The notes under the pieces are model-generated. The model searched no databases, was not told the DNA's origin, and was given only the letters and a program-made list of their open reading frames with translations. From Candidatus Liberimonas magnetica (GTDB taxonomy: Bacteria > Elusimicrobiota > Endomicrobiia > Endomicrobiales > JAFGIL01), in the NCBI GenBank assembly GCA_020523885.1, contig JAJAPY010000019.1, positions 586 to 64,585 of the forward strand: a stretch of 64,000 nucleotides of DNA, in the 5' to 3' direction. The position numbers were made by a program, and so were the translations under genes. Of this stretch, positions 42,270-52,715 are shown piece by piece. Position 1 is the stretch's first letter; each line of letters opens with the position of its first letter.

Positions 42270-42833
42270 ATGGAAATTCATGAAATTTCAAAAGACCTCT
42301 TGATAAAGGCATCAAAAGGGGATTTAGATGCTTTTGAAGAACTATATAAAGCTGCATCGGCCCTTGTATATAATGTTGCACTGAAGGTTACGGCAAATAT
42401 AGAAGATGCACAGGAGGTTACCCAGGAAGTATTCTTAAAGTTGTTTAAAAACCTTAAAAGCTTTAAATTCCAGTCTTCATTTAAAACATGGGTTTATAGG
42501 ATAACGGTCAATACGGCGTTGAATTATAAAATAAAGGCATCTAAACAAACAAGCCGGCATGTCCAATTAGAAGAAAATATGGACAATCAGGCAATATATG
42601 AAAATCAAGTAGAAAAAGGTATGGACCATAAAAGCAACGAAGAAACAGTAAATAACCTGTTGAACAGCCTTGGTCCGGAATACCGGGTCTGTATTGTTCT
42701 TCGTGAAATGCAGGGTTTAAGCTACCGGGAGATCGCCGAAACTCTTGACATTAATGTAAATACACTGCGCTCAAGGCTCAAAAGGGCAAGAGAGGCTTTA
42801 CTAAAGAGAGGTATGGAAAATGCAGTGCGATAA
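42270..42833 (+). CDS. ECF-type sigma-70 family factor
   Basis: Region 2 FKTWVYRITVNTALN; region 4 LSYREIAETLDINVNTLRSRLKRAR. Confidence 0.85.
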   Translation: MEIHEISKDLLIKASKGDLDAFEELYKAASALVYNVALKVTANIEDAQEVTQEVFLKLFKNLKSFKFQSSFKTWVYRITVNTALNYKIKASKQTSRHVQLEENMDNQAIYENQVEKGMDHKSNEETVNNLLNSLGPEYRVCIVLREMQGLSYREIAETLDINVNTLRSRLKRAREALLKRGMENAVR

Positions 42834-43302
42834 AGTCAGAGATATCCTTATTACCGATTATATTGATTATGAGCTTGACCAGGATTCAAGAAAGGAGATA
42901 GAAGGCCATTTGATCCAGTGCCCTGAGTGCCTAGCGTTTAAGGACGAGCTGATCAATAACGTTAAAATGCCTTTTAAAGGTAAACTGGAGGCTGCCCCGC
43001 CTGGTTTTATTTGGGATAAGATCAGGACTGCAATAGAAAAAGACGGGTTAAATGCGGGAATTGTTAACATCGGGGAAATGCTGTCATTTTTCCGACCTCA
43101 ATGGATTAATGTATCCGTGATCAGTTTAATGGTCTGCCTTACATTATTAGTCGGGAATTACTTTGCCCGGGATATCTGGAGCTCTGCCCAGCAAAAACGC
43201 TCACAGGCAAGCATAGAAGTTTCAGATAACCTTGGATTAGGGATATTTGGCGATATACCCGGAGAAGAAACAGAAAATGCCAGTAATATTATCGGAGGCT
43301 GA
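42820..43302 (+). CDS. anti-sigma factor (zf-HC2) with one TM helix
   Basis: H-x3-C-x2-C motif GHLIQCPEC; overlaps the sigma gene stop by 14 nt; central TM helix. Confidence 0.7.
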   Translation: MQCDKVRDILITDYIDYELDQDSRKEIEGHLIQCPECLAFKDELINNVKMPFKGKLEAAPPGFIWDKIRTAIEKDGLNAGIVNIGEMLSFFRPQWINVSVISLMVCLTLLVGNYFARDIWSSAQQKRSQASIEVSDNLGLGIFGDIPGEETENASNIIGG

Positions 43303-43306
43303 TAGG

Positions 43307-43807
43307 ATGAAAATAAAACTTTTAATGGTCTTATTGCTGCTTTCGCTTGGGTTTAATCTCGGGGTTTTCGTGACTTTCGGGCACCACTGCCTGCTAAAAA
43401 AATATTTTGAAAAAGGGCCCAAAGAAAGCTCCTGGCATAAGAATAAAATCAAGAAGATGCTTAATTTAAGCGAAGAACAAGCCTTGTACATGGAAAAAGA
43501 CCGCAAAGCATTGCAGGACACGATAAACCCTCTAAAAGATGAGCTTAAAGCCAAAAGAGCGGAACTTTTTGCAATGCTTGATTCCGACAGCATCGATAAT
43601 TCGAAAGTAGACAAGCTGATCGGGGAAATCTCGGTATTACAGATGAAGATAGAAAAAAATGTAGTAGACCATTCCTTAAATATCAGGAAACAACTCACTC
43701 CCGAACAGCAGAAAAAGTTCAAAGAATTTCTAAAAAAAGGTTTTGAAAAGATGTCTCGCGGCCCGGGATTCATGCACGAAGACAAGAAAGAACATCATGA
43801 AAATTAA
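43307..43807 (+). CDS. periplasmic LTxxQ (CpxP/Spy-like, heavy-metal-sensor family) protein
   Basis: Signal peptide from ATG 43307 (preferred to the 43247 start in the ORF track); LSEEQ and LTPEQQKKF motifs. Confidence 0.65.
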   Translation: MKIKLLMVLLLLSLGFNLGVFVTFGHHCLLKKYFEKGPKESSWHKNKIKKMLNLSEEQALYMEKDRKALQDTINPLKDELKAKRAELFAMLDSDSIDNSKVDKLIGEISVLQMKIEKNVVDHSLNIRKQLTPEQQKKFKEFLKKGFEKMSRGPGFMHEDKKEHHEN

Positions 43808-45077
43808 AACGGCCTATAAAACTATTGCTGTTGTTATTTTTACGATACCACAGCTTTTTGCTCAATCTCCAGATGCCGGCTCTATTTTAAGCTGGCCGGA
43901 CTGCGTCTCTTTAGCCTTGCGGAACAATCCGTTTTTGGCTTCCTCCAGGCATTCCCTTGAGGCAAGTAAATCCTCTTATTATGGAAGTTATAACAGCCTC
44001 ATGCCCCAGGTGTCTTTGTCTCACAGCTATAGCGACTCAAGCTCAAGTCTGCCGGGCTCTGCTAACTGGCAGACCGCTGGTTCGGCCAGACTCAATATTT
44101 TCAATAAATCGCAAATTACAAGCATCAAGACTTCTCAGGCTTTTTTTTCTCAGTCAGAGATAAGCCTGCGGCAAGCCTCTTCTACATTGCGTCTTAATTT
44201 GCGCAGGGCGTTTTATCAACTGCTTTTTGCCCAGAAGAAAATAGAGGTATCGCAAATCATTATGAAGATGAGGCAGGATGAAGGCCAGCTGGTTTCTTTA
44301 AGATATGACTCCGGAACTGAATACAAAGGAAATATGCAAAGAGCCGAGGCGCAGCTCCTGCAGGCAAAAGCTGACCTTGCACAAGCTCTCAGGGATCTGC
44401 GGATAGCTCAAAGAGCCATTAACCAGCAATTAGGGTTGGATGATTTTACTGTCATAAAAGTAACAAGTACTTTAAATATACAAGAACCCGGCGACCTGCC
44501 TAAAGATGAGGTGTCCTTGCTTCGCAACCGGCCTGATATAGGCTTGCAGGGAATCGTTGTAAGGATCGCTGAACTTAACCTTAAACAGGCAAAGAGTTCC
44601 ACATGGCCAAACCTTTCAGCCAGCTATTCTCTTTCAAGCCAGGGACAGGACGAATTTTCTACGGGTTTGGCTGGATCTGAATCGGCGTGGGGAGTTTCTT
44701 TAAGTTATCCTTTATTTGGTTCAGGCCCCACTGCAACCTATTATGCTATCGAAACAGCTAAGAATAATTTGAAAAAGGCAAAGCAGGACTTAAGAACTGC
44801 CGTGCAAGAAGCTATTTCGGATATAGAAACAACCTGGTCTGATTTTGCCGGAGCCGTTGACCAGGCAAAAGTGCAGGCGGCTCTCTTAGAAGCTGCAAGA
44901 ACGAGAAATGATGAAGCAAATATAAGATATGACTCGGGCCTTATGACGTACGATAACTGGGAAATCATAACATCAGACCGCATAAATCAGGAACGCCAGG
45001 TGATCCAGGCACAATTGAACGCGTTGGTGGCCCAGGCAGCATGGGAAAATGCTTTGGGAAAACAATTAGAAGAATAA
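43797..45077 (+). CDS. TolC-family outer-membrane efflux protein
   Basis: Signal peptide from ATG 43797 (overlaps the upstream stop). Two-repeat coiled-coil/beta pattern typical of OEP family proteins. Confidence 0.75.
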   Translation: MKIKTAYKTIAVVIFTIPQLFAQSPDAGSILSWPDCVSLALRNNPFLASSRHSLEASKSSYYGSYNSLMPQVSLSHSYSDSSSSLPGSANWQTAGSARLNIFNKSQITSIKTSQAFFSQSEISLRQASSTLRLNLRRAFYQLLFAQKKIEVSQIIMKMRQDEGQLVSLRYDSGTEYKGNMQRAEAQLLQAKADLAQALRDLRIAQRAINQQLGLDDFTVIKVTSTLNIQEPGDLPKDEVSLLRNRPDIGLQGIVVRIAELNLKQAKSSTWPNLSASYSLSSQGQDEFSTGLAGSESAWGVSLSYPLFGSGPTATYYAIETAKNNLKKAKQDLRTAVQEAISDIETTWSDFAGAVDQAKVQAALLEAARTRNDEANIRYDSGLMTYDNWEIITSDRINQERQVIQAQLNALVAQAAWENALGKQLEE

Positions 45078-45086
45078 GATAAATAT

Positions 45087-45159
45087 TAGCGTACAGCGTA
45101 TAGCGTATAGGAAAGTCAAAATCTTTTACTATCCGCTAAACGCTGAACGCTATACGCTA
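45087..45159. repeat. long imperfect hairpin built from AGCGTA-type words (family copy 2)
   Basis: tagcgtacagcgtatagcgtatag ... ctatccgctaaacgctgaacgctatacgcta; same word set as 1432-1518. Confidence 0.6.
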
Positions 45160-45175
45160 ATAATAGGAGTTATGG

Positions 45176-46156
45176 ATGAAAAAATTAACAATTTTAATTA
45201 TTATTTTGGCACTTGTGACAGGAAGCGGATGGTTTTTGTTCGGAAAGACGAAAAAGCATAAATCTTTCGGGTCACAGAGTGTAATAGTCACGGAGGGAAC
45301 TATCAGCCAGACCGTAGAAGCTACGGGTTTCGTATCCCCGTTAAACAGGGTTGAAATAAGGCCTCCGATGTCCGGGCGTATCGAGAAACTTCTGGTCAAC
45401 GAAGGCGACCGGGTTGTTGACGGGCAGATCCTTGCCTGGATGAGTTCAAGCGACCGGGCGGCTATCCTTGATGCGGCAAGGTCAAGAGGCCTTGAGGAGC
45501 TCAAACGCTGGGAAGACGACTATAAACCGACGCCGATAGTGGCTCCGCTTTCAGGTGTTATAATATTAAAAAATGTTGTAGTGGGACAAACCGTTGACCC
45601 TTCGGCTGTAGTCTATGCCATGTCGGATTTTTTGATAGTCCTTGCCCAGGTTGACGAGTCAGATATAGGCAACGTCTTTAAAGAAATGACCGCACGTATC
45701 ACACTCGACGCTTATCCTAACCAGAGCATTGAAGGCAAGGTTTTTGATTTGCTCTATGAGGGCAAAAACGTTTCCAATGTCATTACCTATGGAGTTAAGG
45801 TAAAGATGAAGAAAGTTCCTTCTTTTTTCCGTTCTCAGATGACGGCAAATATCAGCTTTATCATTAAAAGCAAAGATAAAGCAGTCCTGGTTCCTGTGAG
45901 CGTTGTTAAAGATATGCCTAACGGGACAAAACAGGTAACTGTGCCGGGCCCCAACGGCAAACCCGTCGCCAAAGAAGTAACGACCGGTATAGAAAGCAAC
46001 GACAAAATCGAGATCACGTCAGGGCTTGAACCCGGCGACAAAGTCCTTATCACAAGAGCACGGTATACGCCTCAGCAGGGAGTGCAATCCAGCCCGCTGG
46101 CTATAGGCGGCTCCAGGCCGGCAGGGTCAGGCGGACAGGGCCAAAGGTCAAGATAA
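45176..46156 (+). CDS. macA: periplasmic adaptor (HlyD/MacA-type membrane fusion protein)
   Basis: N-terminal anchor, lipoyl/barrel-sandwich pattern (GTISQTVEATG...VNEGDRVVDGQILA), upstream of the MacB-type pump. Confidence 0.7.
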   Translation: MKKLTILIIILALVTGSGWFLFGKTKKHKSFGSQSVIVTEGTISQTVEATGFVSPLNRVEIRPPMSGRIEKLLVNEGDRVVDGQILAWMSSSDRAAILDAARSRGLEELKRWEDDYKPTPIVAPLSGVIILKNVVVGQTVDPSAVVYAMSDFLIVLAQVDESDIGNVFKEMTARITLDAYPNQSIEGKVFDLLYEGKNVSNVITYGVKVKMKKVPSFFRSQMTANISFIIKSKDKAVLVPVSVVKDMPNGTKQVTVPGPNGKPVAKEVTTGIESNDKIEITSGLEPGDKVLITRARYTPQQGVQSSPLAIGGSRPAGSGGQGQRSR

Positions 46157-46183
46157 AATTACCCAATTTCGAAAAGGCAAGTA

Positions 46184-46301
46184 CGAAATCCGAAAAAAAC
46201 TGCAAAAAGAAAATACTTAAATATTCAAAATTTAACTTAATTAAAGAAATAGATGTTTTTATTTTGCTGTTTTTGAGTATTTGATATTTTTTCGGATTTC
46301 G
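46184..46301. repeat. long-range hairpin built from CGAAAT-type words
   Basis: cgaaatccgaaaaaa (46184-46198) is perfectly complementary to ttttttcggatttcg (46287-46301). It is flanked by tttcgaaa palindromes. Confidence 0.6.
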
Positions 46302-46331
46302 AAATTCGGATTTGAGGTTTGAATTAAATTT

Positions 46332-48323
46332 ATGGCAATTATTGAACTTAAAAATATCACGAAGTCCTACTGGATAGATAACGAAGAACTAAAGATCCTA
46401 AAAGGTATCAGCTTAGAGGTCAAAGAGGGTGAATTTGTAGCTATAATGGGCCCTTCGGGTTCCGGCAAATCCACGCTGATGCAGATAATGGGGCTGTTGG
46501 ACCGGCCGACTTCAGGGACTTTTCATTTGCTTGGTTTAAACGTATCCGAACTTTCTGATGATGAAGGAGCGGCTATCCGTTCAAAGACGATAGGGTTTAT
46601 CTTCCAGATGTTTAACCTCCTCAGCCGTACTTCAGCTATTGATAATGTGATGCTTCCGATGATATATTCGGGCGCACATGACCGCCAAAGCCGGAGCCGT
46701 GAACTGCTAAATATGGTCGGGCTCTCGGACAGGATAGACCATAAACCTAACGAACTTTCAGGCGGCCAGCAGCAGAGGGTCGCGATAGCCCGCGCTCTTG
46801 TAAATAAACCGCGCATCATATTTGCCGATGAACCTACCGGGAACCTCGCCTCTGACCAGTCCGAAGAAATACTTCAAAAACTCAAAGACCTCAACAACAG
46901 CGGGATCACGATAATTATGGTGACGCATGAACCGGATATAGCGGCACATGCAAAAAGGATATTCCATCTAAAAGACGGGATCATAGTATCGGACGAACTC
47001 ACCGCTAACGCTGGTAAATCCGGAAAGGATAATATAAAGGCCTCTTTAGAAAAGTCAAGTTTTGCCAGGCCTTCGGAAAAACCTTCTGAAACAAGCCTTG
47101 GCGTGAAACTTGCCCAATTTAAAGAGTACGGCGCCTCGGCTTTGCGCGCCATGGCTTCCAATAAGGTCAGGAGCGCCCTGTCGATGCTGGGTATACTCAT
47201 CGGCGTAGCGGCTGTTATAGCGATGTTAGCTGTAGGCAAAGGCGCGCAAAAAGCTATAGAGGCAAGGCTAGCAAGCCTCGGGTCAAATCTCTTAATGATG
47301 CGGCCAGCGCACGGCCATTTCGGCGGGGTTGGAGCCGGCGGAGGGAGCGTGAGCCGGTTAAGGCTTGAAGACGTCAAGGCTATATCCGGCATACCCCATG
47401 TAAAACATGTTGAAGGCAATGTCCAAGGCAATGCACAGGTAGTTTACGGAGACAAAAATACAAATACGCGGGTGCTCGGTGCGCCGGCTGTGTATGAAAA
47501 AATGCATAACGCTGCTCCGTATTACGGGCGTTTTTTTACCGATGAGGAAAACCTGGAACTTACACGCGTTGCCTTGCTGGGACAAACGGTAGTTACCAAC
47601 CTTTTTGGCAGGGAAAACCCTGTGGATGCAACTATAAAGGTAAACCATATCAATTTCAAGGTTATCGGGATTTTGCCTATGAAAGGTTCTACGGGTTTTA
47701 ATGACCAGGACGACATGATCTTGATCCCGCTCAACACAGCTATGAAAAGAGTGCTCGGGATGGTTTATCTGCAAAGTATAAACACTGAATGCGACGGCCC
47801 GGACAGTATCCAGCAGGTCATGACGGATATGACGGCTCTCATGCGCAGGCGCCACCACCTGCCGGATTATAAAGATGATGATTTTGATATAAGGAACATG
47901 GCAGATATTCAGGCGGCTCTTTCGGGTACAACCCAGACGTTCACGCTTCTTTTGGGCATTGTTGCGGCTATATCGCTTCTTGTCGGAGGCATAGGGATAA
48001 TGAACATCATGCTCGTATCAGTCAGCGAACGGACAAGGGAGATAGGACTCCGGAAAGCCGTCGGTGCGCCGCGGCGCGCCATATTGATACAATTTTTAAT
48101 AGAATCAGCGGTCCTTTCCACCCTCGGCGGTATTATCGGCATTATTCTTGGGACATCGGTTTCTTTAATATTGTCAAAATTTGCCGGCTGGGCAGCTATT
48201 GTCACGCCTCAGGCGGTTATTCTGGCATTTACTTTTTCAGCGACAGTGGGTATTATATTCGGTTTCTGGCCTGCACGTAAAGCCTCTCTTTTGTCACCTA
48301 TCGAAGCGCTCAGGTATGAATAA
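46332..48323 (+). CDS. macB: MacB-type ABC exporter (fused ATPase plus FtsX permease)
   Basis: [36 protein letters not shown], then 4 TM helices with a large periplasmic loop. Confidence 0.85.
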   Translation: MAIIELKNITKSYWIDNEELKILKGISLEVKEGEFVAIMGPSGSGKSTLMQIMGLLDRPTSGTFHLLGLNVSELSDDEGAAIRSKTIGFIFQMFNLLSRTSAIDNVMLPMIYSGAHDRQSRSRELLNMVGLSDRIDHKPNELSGGQQQRVAIARALVNKPRIIFADEPTGNLASDQSEEILQKLKDLNNSGITIIMVTHEPDIAAHAKRIFHLKDGIIVSDELTANAGKSGKDNIKASLEKSSFARPSEKPSETSLGVKLAQFKEYGASALRAMASNKVRSALSMLGILIGVAAVIAMLAVGKGAQKAIEARLASLGSNLLMMRPAHGHFGGVGAGGGSVSRLRLEDVKAISGIPHVKHVEGNVQGNAQVVYGDKNTNTRVLGAPAVYEKMHNAAPYYGRFFTDEENLELTRVALLGQTVVTNLFGRENPVDATIKVNHINFKVIGILPMKGSTGFNDQDDMILIPLNTAMKRVLGMVYLQSINTECDGPDSIQQVMTDMTALMRRRHHLPDYKDDDFDIRNMADIQAALSGTTQTFTLLLGIVAAISLLVGGIGIMNIMLVSVSERTREIGLRKAVGAPRRAILIQFLIESAVLSTLGGIIGIILGTSVSLILSKFAGWAAIVTPQAVILAFTFSATVGIIFGFWPARKASLLSPIEALRYE

Positions 48324-48349
48324 ATAAACAATAATTTGCTATAATAAAG

Positions 48350-48443
48350 CAGACGACAGGCCACAGACTGCAGACAACAGACAAAAGACAATTTATAGTT
48401 TTTTTCTGTAGTCTGTGGTCTGTAGTCTCAAGTCGGTAGTCTG
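48350..48443. repeat. long imperfect hairpin built from CAGAC-type words
   Basis: cagacgacaggccacagactgcagacaacagac ... ctgtagtctgtggtctgtagtctcaagtcggtagtctg; lies after the macB stop. Confidence 0.55.
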
Positions 48444-48447
48444 ATCC

Positions 48448-51400
48448 ATGTGCCTTTTTATTAAAAATATGCTTACAATTAAAAAATTGACAGTTATAAG
48501 TTTTTTTATATGCATGGCTTTGGTTAGCTCTGTTTACGGCGGTTATACCATTACGACTATAGCGGGGAATATATGGGGTTATTCGGGTTATTCAGGAGAC
48601 GGGGGCAACGCGGCTTTGGCTCAACTCAATGCCCCCTGGGGTATCGGGGTCGATGCTTCAGGGAATGTTTACATAGCCGACACCTATAATAACCGGATAA
48701 GAAAAGTAACCCCTTCGGGCAAAATAACAACTATAGCTGGTACTGGGACAACCGGGTATTCGGGAGACGGAGGAAGTGCTCTTGATGCTCAGCTTAATGC
48801 TCCCTGGGGCATAGGGGTTGATGCTTCGGGAAATGTTTTTTTCGCATCTTTTTTTTATGACAGGATTAGAAAAATAACTGTTTCAGGCATAATATCGTCT
48901 TTTGCCGGTACCGGGACAGCAGGTTATGCCGGGGACGGGGCCGGAGCAGCTTCGGCACAGCTTAATGTTCCCTGCGGGGTAGCAGTTGACGTTTCAGGCA
49001 ATGTCTATATCGCTGACAGCGGCAATCAGCGGATAAGAAAAATAGATACTTCAGGCATAATAACAACTATAGCCGGTACCGGGAGCGCAGGTTATTCTGG
49101 AGACGGGGGCAGCGCGACTTCAGCCCAGCTCAACGGCCCCCGCGGGGTAGCAGTTGACGTTTCAGGGAATGTCTACTTCACGGACTATGCCAATCAGCGA
49201 GTTAGAAAAATTAACACTTTCGGTATAATAACAACTATAGCCGGTACCGGGAGCGCAGGTTACTCAGGAGACGGAGGCAGGGCCGTTTTGGCCCAGCTTA
49301 ATGCTCCTGAAGGAATAGGGGTTGACGCTTCAGCGAATGTCTATATAGCCGACTATGGCAACCACAGGATAAGGAAGGTGACCGCCGGAGGCATAATAAT
49401 GACTATAGCCGGCACCGGGACTGCAGGTTATTCAGGAGACGGAGGCAACGCCGCTTTGGCCCAGCTTAACAGTCCCCGAGGGGTAGCGGTCGACGCCTCC
49501 GGCAACGTCTACGTGGCTGACAACGGCAATCACCGGATAAGAAAAGTTTTTATTAAGCAGACCGGGTTTGTTTCTGGTAAAGTGACCAAGCAAGACGGAG
49601 TAACTGCGGTTTCAGGAGCGCTTATAGAAGCTGTGAGATCCGGGGTTGTTAAATCAAGCGCAACAAGCAATGCGAGCGGTAACTACTCAATAAAAGTAGA
49701 AACCGGGACTTGCGATGTAAGGGCTTCATTATCAGTATTTCAGACGCAGACAAAAGATGGATACACTGTTGCCAACGGTTCGACAATAACAGTGAATTTT
49801 TCTCTTGTTCAGAAAGGGATTGTTTCCGGCAGGGTAACAAAGTCTGGCGGCGGGGCAGCGATCTCTGGGGCGCTTATAGAGCTCATACAGTCCAAGGCAA
49901 CAAAGTCAACTTTTCTTACTGATAGAAGCGGCAATTATCTGATAAGAGTAGGAACAGGTACTTATGACATAAAAGCTTCTTTGATAGGTTATAAACCTCA
50001 GACGAAAACTGCTTATTATGTAAAGAATGGTTCAACAGTTACTATCAATCTATCCTTAACCGAAATCGCCTCGGCTCAAGCAGGGATGTTTTCCTACACC
50101 ATTACAACCATAGCAGGGACCGGGGCAGCAGGTTATGCCGGGGACGGAGGCAGCGCCGTTTTTGCCCAGCTCAATGTTCCCTGCGGGATAGCGGTTGACG
50201 GTTTAGGAAATCTCTATATAGCTGATTACGGCAATCATCGAATAAGGAAAGTGAACGCTTTAGGCATAATAACGACCATAGCCGGGAATGGGACCGCAGG
50301 TTTTTCAGGTGACGGAGGCAGCGCGCTCCTGGCTCAACTTAACAGCCCCCGCGGAGTGGCGGTTGACGATTCAGGCAATGTCTATATAGCTGACTATGAT
50401 AATCAGCGAATAAGGAAAGTAACCGTTTCAGGCATAATATCAACTATAGCCGGGAACGGGACAGCGGGTTTTTCAGGAGACGGAGAAAGCGCCATTTTAG
50501 CTAAATTTAACGGCCCCCGCGGAGTCGCGGTTGATGTTTCAGGCAATGTTTATGTAGCTGATTACGGAAATAACCGGATAAGGAAGATAAACAGTTCAGG
50601 CATAATAACAACAATAACAGGAATCGGGACTACGGGCTATGCAGGCGACGGAGGCAGCGCCGCTTCAGCCCAGCTAAACGGCCCCCGCGGGGTAGCGGTT
50701 GATGCTGCAGGTAATGTCTATATTGCTGACAACGATAATCACGGGATAAGGAAAGTAAGCATCCTGGGCATAATAACAACTATAGCTGGGACAGGAGTTT
50801 CAGGTTATGCAGGAGACGGAGAAAGTGCCAATTTAGCCCAGATCGATTCTCCTTACGGAGTAGCGGTCGATGTTTTAGGCAATGTCTATATCGCTGACCT
50901 AATCAATAATGTAATAAGGAAAGTAAGCACTTTAGGCATAATAACGACTATAGCAGGGACCGGGACCTGGGGTTATTCGGGAGACGGTGGCCCTGCCACC
51001 GCGGCCCAGCTTGATTCCCCTTTTGGGGTAGCTGTTGATGCTTCAGGCAATATTTATATCGCTGACAACGGCAATCATCGAATAAGGAAAGTGAACGCTT
51101 CAGGCATAATAACAACTATATCCGGAACCGGGACCGCGGGTTTTTCAGGAGACGGGGGCAGTGCCACCTCAGCTCAACTTGCAAGCCCCCGTGGTGTGGC
51201 GGTTGATATTTCAGGCAATGTCTATATAGCTGACTCAGGTAATCAGCGAATAAGGAAAATAAATGCTTCAGGCATAATAACAACTATAGCCGGGACCGGG
51301 ACCGCAGATTATTCAAGGGACGGAGTAATCGCTATTTTGGCCCAGCTTAATAGCCCTAGCGGAGCAGCGGTTGATGCTTCAGGTAATGTCTATATAGCTG

Positions 51401-51951
51401 ACTACGGCAATCATAGAATAAGGAAAGTAAATACTTCAGGCATAATATCAACTATAGCCGGGACCGGGACCGCAGGTTATGCTGGAGACGGAGGCAGCGC
51501 AGTTTTCGCTAAACTTAACGGCCCTAGCGGAGTGACGGTTGATTCTTCAGGGAATCTTTATATCGCTGACAACGGTAACCATAGAATAAGGAAAGTAAAC
51601 ACTTCAGGCATAATATCAACTATAGCCGGGACCGGGGCCGCAGGATATTCAGGAGACGGAGGCAGTGCGGTTTTGGCTCGGCTTAGAAACCCTTGCGGGA
51701 TAGCGGTTGATATTTCAGGAAATGTTTATATCTCTGACGACCTGAGCTGCCGAATAAGGAAAATAACCGCTTCAGGCATAATATTAACTATAGCCGGCAC
51801 CGGGGCCGCGGGTTATGCTGGAGACGGAGGCAGCGCCGCTTTAGCCCGATTCGGTGCTCCTTTTGGGATAGCGGTCGATGCTTCAGGCAATGTCTATATC
51901 GCCGACTATGATAATCATCGAATAAGGAAAGCCTCTTTACGCAAACAGTAG
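48448..51951 (+). CDS. secreted NHL-repeat protein with two central carboxypeptidase-regulatory-like domains
   Basis: By my count 6 + 11 units of about 57 aa (ITTIAGTG.AGYSGDGG.A..AQLN.P.GVAVD.SGNVYIAD..N.RIRKV), separated by two GxVSGxVT...SGNY... beta-sandwich segments. A likely start at the second ATG gives a signal peptide. Confidence 0.8.
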   Translation: MCLFIKNMLTIKKLTVISFFICMALVSSVYGGYTITTIAGNIWGYSGYSGDGGNAALAQLNAPWGIGVDASGNVYIADTYNNRIRKVTPSGKITTIAGTGTTGYSGDGGSALDAQLNAPWGIGVDASGNVFFASFFYDRIRKITVSGIISSFAGTGTAGYAGDGAGAASAQLNVPCGVAVDVSGNVYIADSGNQRIRKIDTSGIITTIAGTGSAGYSGDGGSATSAQLNGPRGVAVDVSGNVYFTDYANQRVRKINTFGIITTIAGTGSAGYSGDGGRAVLAQLNAPEGIGVDASANVYIADYGNHRIRKVTAGGIIMTIAGTGTAGYSGDGGNAALAQLNSPRGVAVDASGNVYVADNGNHRIRKVFIKQTGFVSGKVTKQDGVTAVSGALIEAVRSGVVKSSATSNASGNYSIKVETGTCDVRASLSVFQTQTKDGYTVANGSTITVNFSLVQKGIVSGRVTKSGGGAAISGALIELIQSKATKSTFLTDRSGNYLIRVGTGTYDIKASLIGYKPQTKTAYYVKNGSTVTINLSLTEIASAQAGMFSYTITTIAGTGAAGYAGDGGSAVFAQLNVPCGIAVDGLGNLYIADYGNHRIRKVNALGIITTIAGNGTAGFSGDGGSALLAQLNSPRGVAVDDSGNVYIADYDNQRIRKVTVSGIISTIAGNGTAGFSGDGESAILAKFNGPRGVAVDVSGNVYVADYGNNRIRKINSSGIITTITGIGTTGYAGDGGSAASAQLNGPRGVAVDAAGNVYIADNDNHGIRKVSILGIITTIAGTGVSGYAGDGESANLAQIDSPYGVAVDVLGNVYIADLINNVIRKVSTLGIITTIAGTGTWGYSGDGGPATAAQLDSPFGVAVDASGNIYIADNGNHRIRKVNASGIITTISGTGTAGFSGDGGSATSAQLASPRGVAVDISGNVYIADSGNQRIRKINASGIITTIAGTGTADYSRDGVIAILAQLNSPSGAAVDASGNVYIADYGNHRIRKVNTSGIISTIAGTGTAGYAGDGGSAVFAKLNGPSGVTVDSSGNLYIADNGNHRIRKVNTSGIISTIAGTGAAGYSGDGGSAVLARLRNPCGIAVDISGNVYISDDLSCRIRKITASGIILTIAGTGAAGYAGDGGSAALARFGAPFGIAVDASGNVYIADYDNHRIRKASLRKQ

Positions 51952-52053
51952 CTCTTTTCCGGTAAAGTGAAACCTATCGCCGGGCATGTTTTCCGCTAAA
52001 AAACATTAAGATATTATATTGTTAGATCACTATCAGCAAATGATCCATGAGGG

Positions 52054-52713
52054 ATGATCAACGTGTCCGTGACGAGGCCAAGTTGTGGTAAACCTATGAA
52101 AGAAAAATACCGGGTAATACCGTTAGTATATATTATTATTTTATTGTTTGTCCTATCGGCATTTTATCTGGCCTATCTTTGGTATAATAATACGCAAAAT
52201 GTATGGAAAAAGATAGGATTAGAAATAGCCGGACAGAATAATGTACGGGTAATCGAAATATCCGAGAGAAAGCTTAAAGATTTTGGAGTGCTCGATTTTT
52301 TCGGGAGTTTTGACGGCAGGTATATAAAGATCTCCCAACGTCAAAATATGAACAAAGCAGAAAGCGGGAATTATATTGTTGACGAGGGCATTAGGATCAG
52401 ATCATTGTTCCTAAAAAAAGTATTGCCTTATCCCGGCTCGATCTCGTTCTCTACGGAATCAGATGCCAGGCTTCTTCCTGTTGAGGGCATTTTTGCGGTG
52501 GAGAATAAGCCTGTTAAATATTATTTGCTCTATGCAGAAGAAGGGTTCAGGCCTTGCGTCTATGATGTTAATAAAATAAAATACAGGCTGCTGAGCTTCT
52601 TCCTTAATAACGAAAAAAAAAGGTGTGTTTATAAGATCGAGTATTATTTCCCGAACAGCGGTGATAAAATTGACGATGAGATATCTATCTTAAGTAAAAT
52701 AAGATACAAATAA
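52054..52713 (+). CDS. hypothetical membrane-anchored protein
   Basis: One TM helix (VIPLVYIIILLFVLSAFYLAYLW) and no recognisable motif. The start is uncertain; the internal Met at 52096 is plausible. Confidence 0.35.
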   Translation: MINVSVTRPSCGKPMKEKYRVIPLVYIIILLFVLSAFYLAYLWYNNTQNVWKKIGLEIAGQNNVRVIEISERKLKDFGVLDFFGSFDGRYIKISQRQNMNKAESGNYIVDEGIRIRSLFLKKVLPYPGSISFSTESDARLLPVEGIFAVENKPVKYYLLYAEEGFRPCVYDVNKIKYRLLSFFLNNEKKRCVYKIEYYFPNSGDKIDDEISILSKIRYK

Positions 52714-52715
52714 AA

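Noticed and set aside
43237-43785. 182-aa minus-strand ORF opposite the LTxxQ gene
   Set aside because: It is a shadow of the sense gene, which has a signal peptide, LTxxQ motifs and operon context.
46874-47858. Minus-strand ORFs of 185 and 166 aa inside macB
   Set aside because: They are antisense to a gene with complete ABC and FtsX motifs, and they contain no motifs of their own.
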